A stretch of DNA of 62,901 nucleotides, counting the filler. It is 5 parts of 5 records of this genome, joined end to end, with 100 filler letters (N's around TTAATTAATTAA, not from the genome) between each part and the next. Parts side by side here need not be neighbours in the genome. Positions count along the whole stretch, not along the records: positions 1 to 13,054 come from SRR31156797_8122; 4 more parts are not named here. One strand, written 5' to 3'. A program made the translations under genes and the position numbers. Below the pieces are notes generated by a model. That model saw only the letters and a program-made list of their open reading frames with translations. It was not told where the DNA came from and did not search any database. Shown piece by piece: positions 1 through 8,995 of the stretch. The stretch's first letter is position 1. Each line of letters starts with the position of its first letter.

Positions 1-164
1 TTCCTTATTTCCTAATACAAACCTGAAAAAGTTTCAAAAAAAATAAATTGGATGTCTAGTAGGTGTAAACAATCATTAAAAGATTCCTACGACCACCCTA
101 CCGCTGCCTATAAAATACTACTAAACAACCATTTTATAAATCCACTCTCCGTTGAAAGTGGATG

Positions 165-197
165 CAAATATAGCAGTCGAACTAGCAATTCTCCAAA
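165..197 (-). promoter_or_regulatory. Bacteroidota housekeeping promoter (-33 TTTG, -7 TAnnTTTG) pointing off the left edge
   Basis: Minus strand reads TTTG-gagaattgctagttcgactgc-TATATTTG-c, matching the Bacteroidota consensus; followed by the hairpin ATCCACT...AGTGGAT at 140-163. Confidence 0.55.
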
Positions 198-249
198 TGT
201 TTTCAGAAAAAAATTACAACAAAATCACAACTAACTGAATTACAGGAAT

Positions 250-277
250 AAAAAAATCACAACAAAGTTGTGATTTC
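250..277 (-). terminator. Intrinsic terminator after the K+ channel gene
   Basis: aaaaaaatcacaac-aaa-gttgtgattt hairpin with U-tract on the minus strand. Confidence 0.6.
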
Positions 278-309
278 AAATATCGATATCAATATCGTAG
301 GAGATAAGT

Positions 310-1344
310 CTAATTTCCTTTTATGAGAAGCTCTTTTAAATTACTAACCTGTTCCTTATTTCCCAAAACAAACAGATGGTAATTATTTTCTAATACTAAT
401 TCTGGAGATGGATTATATACATACCCTCCATTTTCATCCTTAAGACCAATAATATTGGCACCAGAACGATTTCTCACATTTAATTCTTTAATGGATTTTC
501 CAATAAAACAGCGAGCTAAGCCCTGACAGCTAACCTCTTCAAGCTTTACACCCATAGTAGATTGCAATAAAATATTATCCAAAAACTCTACAACATCGGG
601 TTGAGCAACTAATTTTGCCATTTGCTGCCCGCCTAAACGATCTGGCATTATTACATTATCTGCTCCGGCTCTTTTCAATTTATTATCTGACTGACTATTG
701 GATGAACGCGAGATAATTTTCAAACCAGGATTCATTTCACGCGCAGTTAATACCACATAAACATTCTCTGCATCATTTGGTATGGCGGTAATTAGAGCCT
801 TTGCTTCGGAAATATTTGCCTTTTCCAATACTTCCTCTTGAGTTGCATCACCTTGTACAAATAGCAGATCGGGAAAAGTTCGGATTTTATCAATTGAAGA
901 TTCTTCAAAATCGACAACAACAACATTTTCACCATGCTCCATCAACTCCAAACTTGCCTGCTTTCCATTTCTACCAAAACCACAGACAATTACATGACCA
1001 CTTAATTTCTCTATACTTCTCACAATCCTATAATCTTTTAAATTTCTACGAAAAACACCATCAAGTATGAAGCGAGTTACTGCCGATGCCATATAACCGA
1101 ATATCCCAAAACTTATAAATATTAAGAAAACAGTAAATAGTTTTCCAAGATCAGAGAGAGGATGAACTTCCTTAAAACCAACAGTTGAGATTGTAATAAC
1201 GGTCATATACAAAGCATCAATAACTGAATATGCCTCATTTAAATACATATAACCAGCAGTACCAACCGCAACGGTAAGCACCAAAAAAAACATGGCGATA
1301 CTTAAAGTGCGAATATTTTCTTCCCAAATTTTCTGTTTATTCAT
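310..1344 (-). CDS. Potassium channel protein (2-TM pore + RCK_N/RCK_C)
   Basis: TISTVGF selectivity-filter motif, GFGRNG Rossmann motif, C-terminal TrkA-C-like domain. Confidence 0.9.
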   Translation of the reverse strand: MNKQKIWEENIRTLSIAMFFLVLTVAVGTAGYMYLNEAYSVIDALYMTVITISTVGFKEVHPLSDLGKLFTVFLIFISFGIFGYMASAVTRFILDGVFRRNLKDYRIVRSIEKLSGHVIVCGFGRNGKQASLELMEHGENVVVVDFEESSIDKIRTFPDLLFVQGDATQEEVLEKANISEAKALITAIPNDAENVYVVLTAREMNPGLKIISRSSNSQSDNKLKRAGADNVIMPDRLGGQQMAKLVAQPDVVEFLDNILLQSTMGVKLEEVSCQGLARCFIGKSIKELNVRNRSGANIIGLKDENGGYVYNPSPELVLENNYHLFVLGNKEQVSNLKELLIKGN

Positions 1345-1411
1345 ACAAGCAGGATCAATTAAAATCTAAGATAATCAATATCCGTAAACGAACGAATGTA
1401 GACTTAAAAAT

Positions 1412-2704
1412 TTACGCTTTATCTACATTAGCATGTCTTGCCCGAATAATTCTATTACCAAATTCACACTGCAAACAATTATACTTGTCACAATATTCTG
1501 ATTTTAATTGAAGTAAAGATTGTGAATAAAAAGCAGAATGAATTTTAACACCACAATCTCTCCACTTTTTTATTATCGAATTGTTTTCAGATGGAATTTG
1601 ATCTAGAATATCCAAAGCTTTCTCTTTTATCTTATATTTTCCATTCAACTCTCCATAAAGAAACAAGATAGGAACAACAGAATTTATAATTATACCATTA
1701 ATGGCAGATACTCCTAAAGTTTTATTACGAAGTTTCGATTCTTTCCCAAACTGATAATGATTATTCCAATATGCTGATGTTTGAACTGAAAAAAGTTCTT
1801 GTATTGTTTTGCAATCCGGTGATGCAACAATTTTTGAAAATAAAGAATTCGATTTAAAAATTAAAGAAGCCAATTGTGCAATTCTAACAGTTGGAAAATT
1901 TGCAGGTCGTAGTCTCAACCATTTCCATCTGCTTTTTGGTAATGGAGTTAAATTATACTTATTTGCTAAAAATTGATATTCTCTCTTAAGTAATAAATAG
2001 TATTTATCCTTACTTGCAATATCTTCTAGCATTCCGGCTTGACCGAACAACAACGCCTCCAACTGTAGTAATGAGTTTTTCTGTCGGGATAAAATTTTGA
2101 CCGGAACAGATTGTGCCAACTGCTGAAATGGATCGGCATTTACTTTCATGCCAAAATATCGCGACAATATCTGATAAAAAGTTTCCTCCCATGAAAATGA
2201 ATTCTGTTCCAATATCTTTTTTACTTCTATTGATTTTCGCTCCAAACGCTCTACAAGCATTCTTTCCAACCAATTCTTCACAAAAAATTGATCCACCGAA
2301 TTGATATCATCATAACAAGGAATCCACTTTTGTGAATTCATTAAAGAATTGTAATTCTGAAGTAAGGTTTTATCAAAATATAACACCAAATTTGGTATTG
2401 TACGATTGTTATCCAATATAACATCCGCATCATCCTCATAAATAACATGAAGAATTACATTATCGTATGCTTCATCGTGTTGATGATTATGCACAAACCA
2501 AGAAGATGATTTAATATGAATTTCCACATTGCCAGCCCAAAGCACATTATTTATTTTGATTTGTGCATTGAAAAAATCTGGTCCAGCATCAAAATTTTGT
2601 CTTCCAACATCTACTATTTCTATCACATCTCCTTTCGTCGAAAAAATATTCTCATCCTTAAACAGACGAGACTTCCATATAAATTGCAGAAAATCTTCGG
2701 TCAT
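1412..2704 (-). CDS. DUF2851 family protein
   Basis: MTEDFLQFIW start, GPDFFNA, GNVEIH, HQHDEAYDNVILHV, RLRPANFPT, C-terminal CxxxxCxxC. Confidence 0.85.
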   Translation of the reverse strand: MTEDFLQFIWKSRLFKDENIFSTKGDVIEIVDVGRQNFDAGPDFFNAQIKINNVLWAGNVEIHIKSSSWFVHNHQHDEAYDNVILHVIYEDDADVILDNNRTIPNLVLYFDKTLLQNYNSLMNSQKWIPCYDDINSVDQFFVKNWLERMLVERLERKSIEVKKILEQNSFSWEETFYQILSRYFGMKVNADPFQQLAQSVPVKILSRQKNSLLQLEALLFGQAGMLEDIASKDKYYLLLKREYQFLANKYNLTPLPKSRWKWLRLRPANFPTVRIAQLASLIFKSNSLFSKIVASPDCKTIQELFSVQTSAYWNNHYQFGKESKLRNKTLGVSAINGIIINSVVPILFLYGELNGKYKIKEKALDILDQIPSENNSIIKKWRDCGVKIHSAFYSQSLLQLKSEYCDKYNCLQCEFGNRIIRARHANVDKA

Positions 2705-2763
2705 ACAATAAAAATTTTATCATCACTTCCTCTAATTTAACCATTTGGTAAATAGCAGACAAT

Positions 2764-2794
2764 AAAAAAGCGGCTTATCAATGATTAGCCGCTT
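2764..2794 (-). terminator. Intrinsic terminator after pyrF
   Basis: aaaaaagcggct...agccgcttt hairpin with U-tract on the minus strand. Confidence 0.6.
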
Positions 2795-2816
2795 TCGTAT
2801 ATCTTAAAGTATCTGA

Positions 2817-3644
2817 TTATATCACAGATTTTTCCTTTAAAAGGTCTTCCATTTCAAGCTGAAGCTCTTTAGCCTTTTCACCAGCTACTTTTGCAAAATT
2901 TTCAGATGTATCAGCAAAAATAATTCCTCGAGAAGAATTCACTAATAATCCACAAGCCTCGTTCATTCCGTATTTGGCAACCTCTTGTAAACTTCCTCCC
3001 TGAGCGCCAACACCTGGAACCAATAAGAAATGACTTGGTGCAATTTTTCTGATATCACCTATCATTTCAGCTTTTGTAGCACCAACCACATACATCATAT
3101 TGTCCTTAGTTCCCCAATCCTGAGATTTTTCAAGAACCTTCTCAAATAATTTTTGCTCGCCTTCCTGAAAAAACTGAAAATCGAAAGCTCCTTTATTCGA
3201 AGTTAAAGCCAAAAGAATAACCCATTTGTTATCGTATTCTAAAAATGGAGTTACCGAATCTTCACCCATATAAGGAGCAACGGTAATCGAATCGAATGGC
3301 ATATTCTCTAAAAACGCACTAGCATACATCTTTGAAGTATTTCCAATATCACCACGCTTGGCATCAGCAATTAAAAATACTTCAGGATATTTCTCCTTAA
3401 TATAATTCACCGTTTTCTCTAAACTTAACCAACCTGCAGCTCCACGAGATTCGTAAAATGCAATATTTGGCTTATAAGCCACAGTGTTTTCCACAGTTGC
3501 ATCTACAATAGCCTTATTAAATTCGAAAACCGGATCTTCCGAATCCATTAGATGAGAAGGTATTTTCTTCACATCACTATCCAAACCTACACAAAGGAAA
3601 CTTTTCTTCTTTTTAATTTGCTCGAATAATGCCTGATAATTCAT
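2817..3644 (-). CDS. pyrF: Orotidine-5'-phosphate decarboxylase
   Basis: [32 protein letters not shown] motifs. Confidence 0.95.
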   Translation of the reverse strand: MNYQALFEQIKKKKSFLCVGLDSDVKKIPSHLMDSEDPVFEFNKAIVDATVENTVAYKPNIAFYESRGAAGWLSLEKTVNYIKEKYPEVFLIADAKRGDIGNTSKMYASAFLENMPFDSITVAPYMGEDSVTPFLEYDNKWVILLALTSNKGAFDFQFFQEGEQKLFEKVLEKSQDWGTKDNMMYVVGATKAEMIGDIRKIAPSHFLLVPGVGAQGGSLQEVAKYGMNEACGLLVNSSRGIIFADTSENFAKVAGEKAKELQLEMEDLLKEKSVI

Positions 3645-3704
3645 TTTTTGGTTGTTTACTAGTTAATACAAAAAAGGCAGTGGGGATACCACTGCCAAAT
3701 ATTA

Positions 3705-4790
3705 TTATAAACCACTTTCTTTAAGTCGTTCTGCGTTTTCTTCAATTTGAAGTTTATCGATAACCTCCTGAACATCGCCATCCATAACAGCTGACAAATT
3801 ATATAAGGTTAGATTGATACGGTGATCGGTAACACGTCCTTGCGGATAATTGTAAGTACGAATCTTAGCCGAACGGTCACCAGTAGAAACCATTGTTTTA
3901 CGTTTAGATGAAATTTCATCCAAATATTTCTGATGCTCCATTGCGTAAATACGTGAACGCAGTTCAATCATTGCTTTCGCAAGATTTTTCAACTGAGATT
4001 TCTGATCCTGACAAGTAACAACAATGCCAGTTGGAATATGAGTCAATCGAATTGCGGAATATGTAGTATTTACCGACTGACCACCTGGACCTGAAGAACA
4101 ATAGGTATCCTTACGGATATCACTTTCCTTCACATCAATATCAAACTCTTCTGCCTCTGGCAAAACCGCAACTGATGCAGCACTTGTATGAACACGTCCC
4201 TGAGTTTCGGTTTGCGGTACACGCTGAACACGATGAACTCCCGATTCATATTTTAATACTCCATACACACCTTCACCAGTAACATTCATTACAATCTCCT
4301 TGTAACCACCAGAAGTTCCTTCACTAAAGCTAGACACTGAAACTTTCCATCCTTTTGCCTCGCAATATTTGGTATACATTCTAGCCAAATCGCCAGCAAA
4401 AATACTAGCCTCATCACCACCTGTACCTCCACGAATCTCAAGAATAGCGTTTTTAGAATCCTCTGGATCTGCAGGAACTAAAAGAAGCTTAATTTCTTGT
4501 TCCATTTCCGGAAGTCTCTCTTCAAGATCATCCAACTCCATTTTTGCCATTTCACGAAGTTCCTCATCCGATTCATTTGCAATGATATCTTTAGATTCTG
4601 CTATCGTATCAACAGCATTTTTATATGCTTTCGCAGCTACAGTAACTGCTTCCAATTCCTTATATTCTTTGCTTAACTTCACAAAGCGTTTCATATCTCC
4701 CATCAATTCAGGGTCGGTAATTAATTGTCCGACTTCCTTAAATCTAATGAAGACACCTTCTAATTTATCTAGGATCAAATTATTGCTCAT
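3705..4790 (-). CDS. prfA: Peptide chain release factor 1
   Basis: GPGGQ catalytic motif, VQRVPQTE (PxT), RTYNYPQGRVTDHRI. Confidence 0.97.
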   Translation of the reverse strand: MSNNLILDKLEGVFIRFKEVGQLITDPELMGDMKRFVKLSKEYKELEAVTVAAKAYKNAVDTIAESKDIIANESDEELREMAKMELDDLEERLPEMEQEIKLLLVPADPEDSKNAILEIRGGTGGDEASIFAGDLARMYTKYCEAKGWKVSVSSFSEGTSGGYKEIVMNVTGEGVYGVLKYESGVHRVQRVPQTETQGRVHTSAASVAVLPEAEEFDIDVKESDIRKDTYCSSGPGGQSVNTTYSAIRLTHIPTGIVVTCQDQKSQLKNLAKAMIELRSRIYAMEHQKYLDEISSKRKTMVSTGDRSAKIRTYNYPQGRVTDHRINLTLYNLSAVMDGDVQEVIDKLQIEENAERLKESGL

Positions 4791-5044
4791 GCTACAGTAT
4801 TCTAAATTTTGGACAAAATTAGAAAAATAAAATCATTTTAAATAACACATTTACAATATTAACTTCCAATTTTTAAATTGTCCAATGTATATGGGCACTT
4901 CCCCGTAAAAACCATAATGTTAAAAGCATAAAACTCATACCTTGTTACATTTTTCTTTTTTATATTAACTAACAAATAATTACATTGATATTCAAAACCT
5001 TACATAAATTCAAATAAATCATTACTAATTTAACCCTATCCCCT

Positions 5045-7099
5045 ATGAATCGAGTTTTTATTACCCTATTGTTTTTTCTCTTTTGCACCCTAACCCCTCA
5101 ACTCTCTAATTGTAAAAATATTAAGCTAAAATTTGGAAAAGTATCTATGGAAGAGTTGGAAATGAAAAACTACCACCTTGACACCAATGCTGTTGCTGTT
5201 ATTCTATATGATAACGGGTACTCCTTTTTCGATTATGAAAACAACGAAACCAATAGTGGTTTTGTTTGCAAATTTGAACGACATGTGAGAATTAAAATTT
5301 TAAAAGAAGAAGGATTTAATTATGCAAATTTCGAAATACCTATTTATCATGACAAAAATGGTTACGAAGGCATATATGCCATAAAGGGAAAAACATTCAA
5401 TCTAGAATCGAAAATCAACAGCTCCAAATTAGAAAACAATCAAATTTTCTATGAAGAATCCACACCAAATTTGAAAACTGTCAAATTTACCATGCCAAAT
5501 ATTAAAGTTGGTTCTGTAATTGATTGTAAATATGTAATTAAATCACCGTTCTATCACAATTTTAAGACTTGGCAGTTTCAATATAGTATCCCAGTTTTAT
5601 ATTCCAAATATCGCACTCAAATTCCGGAATATTTTAAATACCAAAAAACCATAAAAGGATATTATCCGATTCATGAAGAAGATTTAGGAAATAAAGTGGA
5701 AAATATAATGGTAGAGTATAAAGAAATGAATACCAAATATGGAAATATTAAGATGGAAAGACATCGATTTACACTTAATCCAACATCAAGCATATTTGAA
5801 TATTCGGGTAAAAACATTCCCGCTTTTCAAAGTGAATCCTACATGCTAGCAAACAAAAACTATTTAAGTAGAATAGAATTCGAATTGCAATCCTACCAAA
5901 TAGGAATAAGCCCTCTTCATAGATATTCATCAACTTGGAATACAGTTAGAGAAAAGTTAATCAAATCGGAAAGTTTTGGTGTGCAGATTAAAAAGCTTGC
6001 CTTTACTAAAAATATTCTAGCCAATATTGTAAGCCCAACAGATTCAGAATTAGATAAAATTGGTAAAATATACCAAACTATTCAGAATAAAATAAAATGG
6101 AATGGACTTAACAGATTATATACCTCAAAATCACTGAAAGACACCTGGAAAGATAAAAAAGGCAATTCAGCTGAAGTTAATTTACTCTTAGTTGCCTTAT
6201 TGCGAGGAGCTGGAATAGATGCCAATCCTGTGGTTTTAAGTACCAGAAACAATGGAATAATTCATCCATCGCACCCTACAATAACTCAAATGAACTATGT
6301 AGTGGCAAGTGCCGAAATTGAAGGTAAACAATTCTTAATGGATGCAACTGATCCATATTGTCCTTTCGGAATTCTTCCATTTAGATGCTTAAATGAAAAA
6401 GGGAGACTTATTTCTGAAAGTAGATCGGACTGGATTGACTTAAACCCAACTAAAGGTTCAAAAATAAATATAATGGCTAATCTAAAATTAACGCCGGATG
6501 GTGATTTAACAGGTAATTTTAAAGAAGTCTTATATGATTATGAAGCCATCAAACAGAGGAAGAACTTCAATATTAAGAAGGAAGAAGCAATAAGCAAATT
6601 CATTGATGACAATGAAGAATGGAATATTGAGAATGTAAACCTTACAAATCTAAATGATCCCTATAAACCTTTAGTCCTTTCTTATTCAACACTAATTGAA
6701 AATCATGCAAATGCAGAAGGTGATAAAATTTATTTAAATCCGATATTAAAATATCATACGACGAAAAATCCTTTTAAACTTGAAAAAAGAGAGTATCCTG
6801 TAAATTTTGGACATCCAATGCACATTAGTTATCTTCTTATTATGGAAATCCCTAAGGGTTATGATATTGAATATACACCAGAGCCAGCAATGGTTACATT
6901 ACCTGAAAATGGTGGAACATTTAGCTACAAAGTGATGCTTTCAGGAGATAAGATAATGGCAAACCTTAAATTCAATATTAACAATTCACAATTTATACCC
7001 GATGAATATGAAATCCTTAAAGAATTTTACAATCAAATAATAACGAAGGAGGGACAAATTCTAATCTTAAAGAAAAACGAAACAACTGCCATAAAATAG
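5045..7099 (+). CDS. DUF3857/transglutaminase-like domain secreted protein
   Basis: Signal peptide, KFGKVSMEELEM, AVILYDNG, RIKILK, FTMPNIKVGSVI, WQFQYSIP, LMDAT, REYPVNFG. Confidence 0.85.
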   Translation: MNRVFITLLFFLFCTLTPQLSNCKNIKLKFGKVSMEELEMKNYHLDTNAVAVILYDNGYSFFDYENNETNSGFVCKFERHVRIKILKEEGFNYANFEIPIYHDKNGYEGIYAIKGKTFNLESKINSSKLENNQIFYEESTPNLKTVKFTMPNIKVGSVIDCKYVIKSPFYHNFKTWQFQYSIPVLYSKYRTQIPEYFKYQKTIKGYYPIHEEDLGNKVENIMVEYKEMNTKYGNIKMERHRFTLNPTSSIFEYSGKNIPAFQSESYMLANKNYLSRIEFELQSYQIGISPLHRYSSTWNTVREKLIKSESFGVQIKKLAFTKNILANIVSPTDSELDKIGKIYQTIQNKIKWNGLNRLYTSKSLKDTWKDKKGNSAEVNLLLVALLRGAGIDANPVVLSTRNNGIIHPSHPTITQMNYVVASAEIEGKQFLMDATDPYCPFGILPFRCLNEKGRLISESRSDWIDLNPTKGSKINIMANLKLTPDGDLTGNFKEVLYDYEAIKQRKNFNIKKEEAISKFIDDNEEWNIENVNLTNLNDPYKPLVLSYSTLIENHANAEGDKIYLNPILKYHTTKNPFKLEKREYPVNFGHPMHISYLLIMEIPKGYDIEYTPEPAMVTLPENGGTFSYKVMLSGDKIMANLKFNINNSQFIPDEYEILKEFYNQIITKEGQILILKKNETTAIK

Positions 7100-7120
7100 A
7101 ATTGTAAACAATAAAAGTAT

Positions 7121-7153
7121 AAAGCCTGCAAGCCAAATTGCAGGCTTTTTTTT
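7121..7153 (+). terminator. Intrinsic terminator
   Basis: aaagcctgcaa-gccaaa-ttgcaggcttttttt. Confidence 0.7.
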
Positions 7154-7408
7154 CTGGAATTTATTTTGATTTTAAATTGAAAAAAAAATACAATTACTCT
7201 TTACTTTCTAGAACATCGGAGTTAATTTTAATAGGAAATAAACGATAGGTATTCAGTTGAGTAATTTCATAAAAAGAAAATAAACCAAACCAGAAATTAT
7301 TGATCTGAAGATTTACAAAATAAAATTTCGTTTATTTTCATCTTGAAATGATAGAGATGAGTAAATGTCTTGTAATCCAACTAAGTTTAATTGCTTAAAA
7401 CTAAGCTT

Positions 7409-7735
7409 ATGGTTAAAGTCAAAATCCCTCGTAGCGAAGATCAAATATTGGGTTTATTAGGAAAGATTAACAAAAGGCACGAAACAAATAAGAAGAAAAG
7501 CCTTTTGAATGGAGCTGTTAATATGGATCGCCTAGTTGAAAAATCTAAAAAAATCAGAAGTTTTAAAGATCTGGAATCAGCAAAAAGCAACAAACATCAA
7601 CATTTTGATCATTCAAAAAGAAATGATTTAAAGTTTATCTCAAACGAAATTAAAAGTATTCGAAACCTATTACTCACTGTTTACCCCGATGAGCCTAAAG
7701 TGATCAAAGAATGGGGCTTTGAAATCAACGAATAA
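7409..7735 (+). CDS. Small basic hypothetical protein
   Basis: ATG at 7409 in ORF 7391-7735; fills the gap between two terminators; ends ...EWGFEINE. Confidence 0.6.
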   Translation: MVKVKIPRSEDQILGLLGKINKRHETNKKKSLLNGAVNMDRLVEKSKKIRSFKDLESAKSNKHQHFDHSKRNDLKFISNEIKSIRNLLLTVYPDEPKVIKEWGFEINE

Positions 7736-7743
7736 CACCATAT

Positions 7744-7775
7744 AAAAATGCCACTCGAAATTGAGTGGCATTTTT
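7744..7775. terminator. Bidirectional terminator between convergent genes
   Basis: aaaaatgccactc-gaaatt-gagtggcattttt. Confidence 0.75.
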
Positions 7776-7797
7776 ATTATATCTTACTTTAGAAAGC

Positions 7798-8967
7798 CTA
7801 GTAAACAAACTCACCAAACTCGCTTTTTACTGTTAGTTTTTTTCCTTCGTGCGCTTCGCAACGACCAACAATTTTTGCATCCACATCGAATTCTTTCGAG
7901 ATAGCAATAATATCATTAGCAATTTCTTCTGGAACGTACAATTCGAAACGATGCCCCATATTAAACACCTTGTACATTTCGTCCCAAGAAGTTCCGCTTT
8001 GCTCCTTAATCAACTGGAACAATGGAGGCACATCAAACATGTTATCTTTAACGATATGCAAGTTGTCAACAAAGTTCAAGACTTTGGTTTGAGCTCCACC
8101 CGAGCAATGAATCATACCATGAATTTGCGATCTGTATTGATCCAATATCTTTTTAATGATTGGAGCATAAGTTCTGGTTGCAGATAATACCAATTTTCCA
8201 GCATCAATATCTACACCTTCAACTTTATCAGTCAATTTGCAATTACCAGAGTACACTAACTCCTCAGGAACCGAGTTATCGTAACTTTCAGGGTATTTTT
8301 CTGCCAAATATTTTGAGAAAACATCGTGGCGTGCAGAGGTTAATCCATTGGATCCCATTCCTCCGTTGTATTCTTTCTCGTAAGTTGCTTTTCCTGATGC
8401 TGACAAACCAACAATAACGTCACCAGCCTGAATCTTCTCATTGGTGATTACATCTTCACGTTTCATACGACAAGTAACTGTTGAATCAACAATAATGGTT
8501 CTCACCAAATCACCAACATCTGCAGTTTCTCCACCAGTAGCATGAATGTTTACTCCTAACTTGGCATACTCGGCAAGCAACTCTTCAGTTCCGTTAATAA
8601 TTTGAGAAATTACTTCACCCGGAATCAAATTCTTGTTACGACCAATTGTCGACGACAAAAGAATATTATCAACAGCTCCTACACACAATAAATCATCAAT
8701 ATTCATGATTAATGCATCCTGAGCAATACCTTTCCAAACCGATAAATCACCAGTTTCTTTCCAGTACATGTAGGCAAGTGATGATTTGGTTCCTGCACCA
8801 TCGGCATGCATAATGTTACAATATTCCGAATCTCCTGTAAGATAATCAGGAACAACTTTACAAAAGGCATTTGGGAACAAGCCTTTATCAAGATCTTTAA
8901 TTGCATTGTGTACATCTTCTTTCGAAGCTGAAACACCTCTAAGATTATATCTTTCGTCTTTTCTCAT
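7798..8967 (-). CDS. purM: AIR synthase (phosphoribosylformylglycinamidine cyclo-ligase), Bacteroidota type
   Basis: RGVSASKEDVH, HADGAGTK, TGGETADVGD, GMGSNGLT, HCSGG, VFNMG. Confidence 0.92.
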   Translation of the reverse strand: MRKDERYNLRGVSASKEDVHNAIKDLDKGLFPNAFCKVVPDYLTGDSEYCNIMHADGAGTKSSLAYMYWKETGDLSVWKGIAQDALIMNIDDLLCVGAVDNILLSSTIGRNKNLIPGEVISQIINGTEELLAEYAKLGVNIHATGGETADVGDLVRTIIVDSTVTCRMKREDVITNEKIQAGDVIVGLSASGKATYEKEYNGGMGSNGLTSARHDVFSKYLAEKYPESYDNSVPEELVYSGNCKLTDKVEGVDIDAGKLVLSATRTYAPIIKKILDQYRSQIHGMIHCSGGAQTKVLNFVDNLHIVKDNMFDVPPLFQLIKEQSGTSWDEMYKVFNMGHRFELYVPEEIANDIIAISKEFDVDAKIVGRCEAHEGKKLTVKSEFGEFVY

Positions 8968-8995
8968 GGTTGTTTAGATAAAGTATAAAAGGAAT

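Noticed and set aside
52-234. 60-aa ORF at the window start
   Set aside because: No recognisable motif; overlaps an opposite-strand promoter and AT-rich regulatory DNA.
4369-4830. 153-aa plus-strand ORF
   Set aside because: Antisense shadow of prfA.
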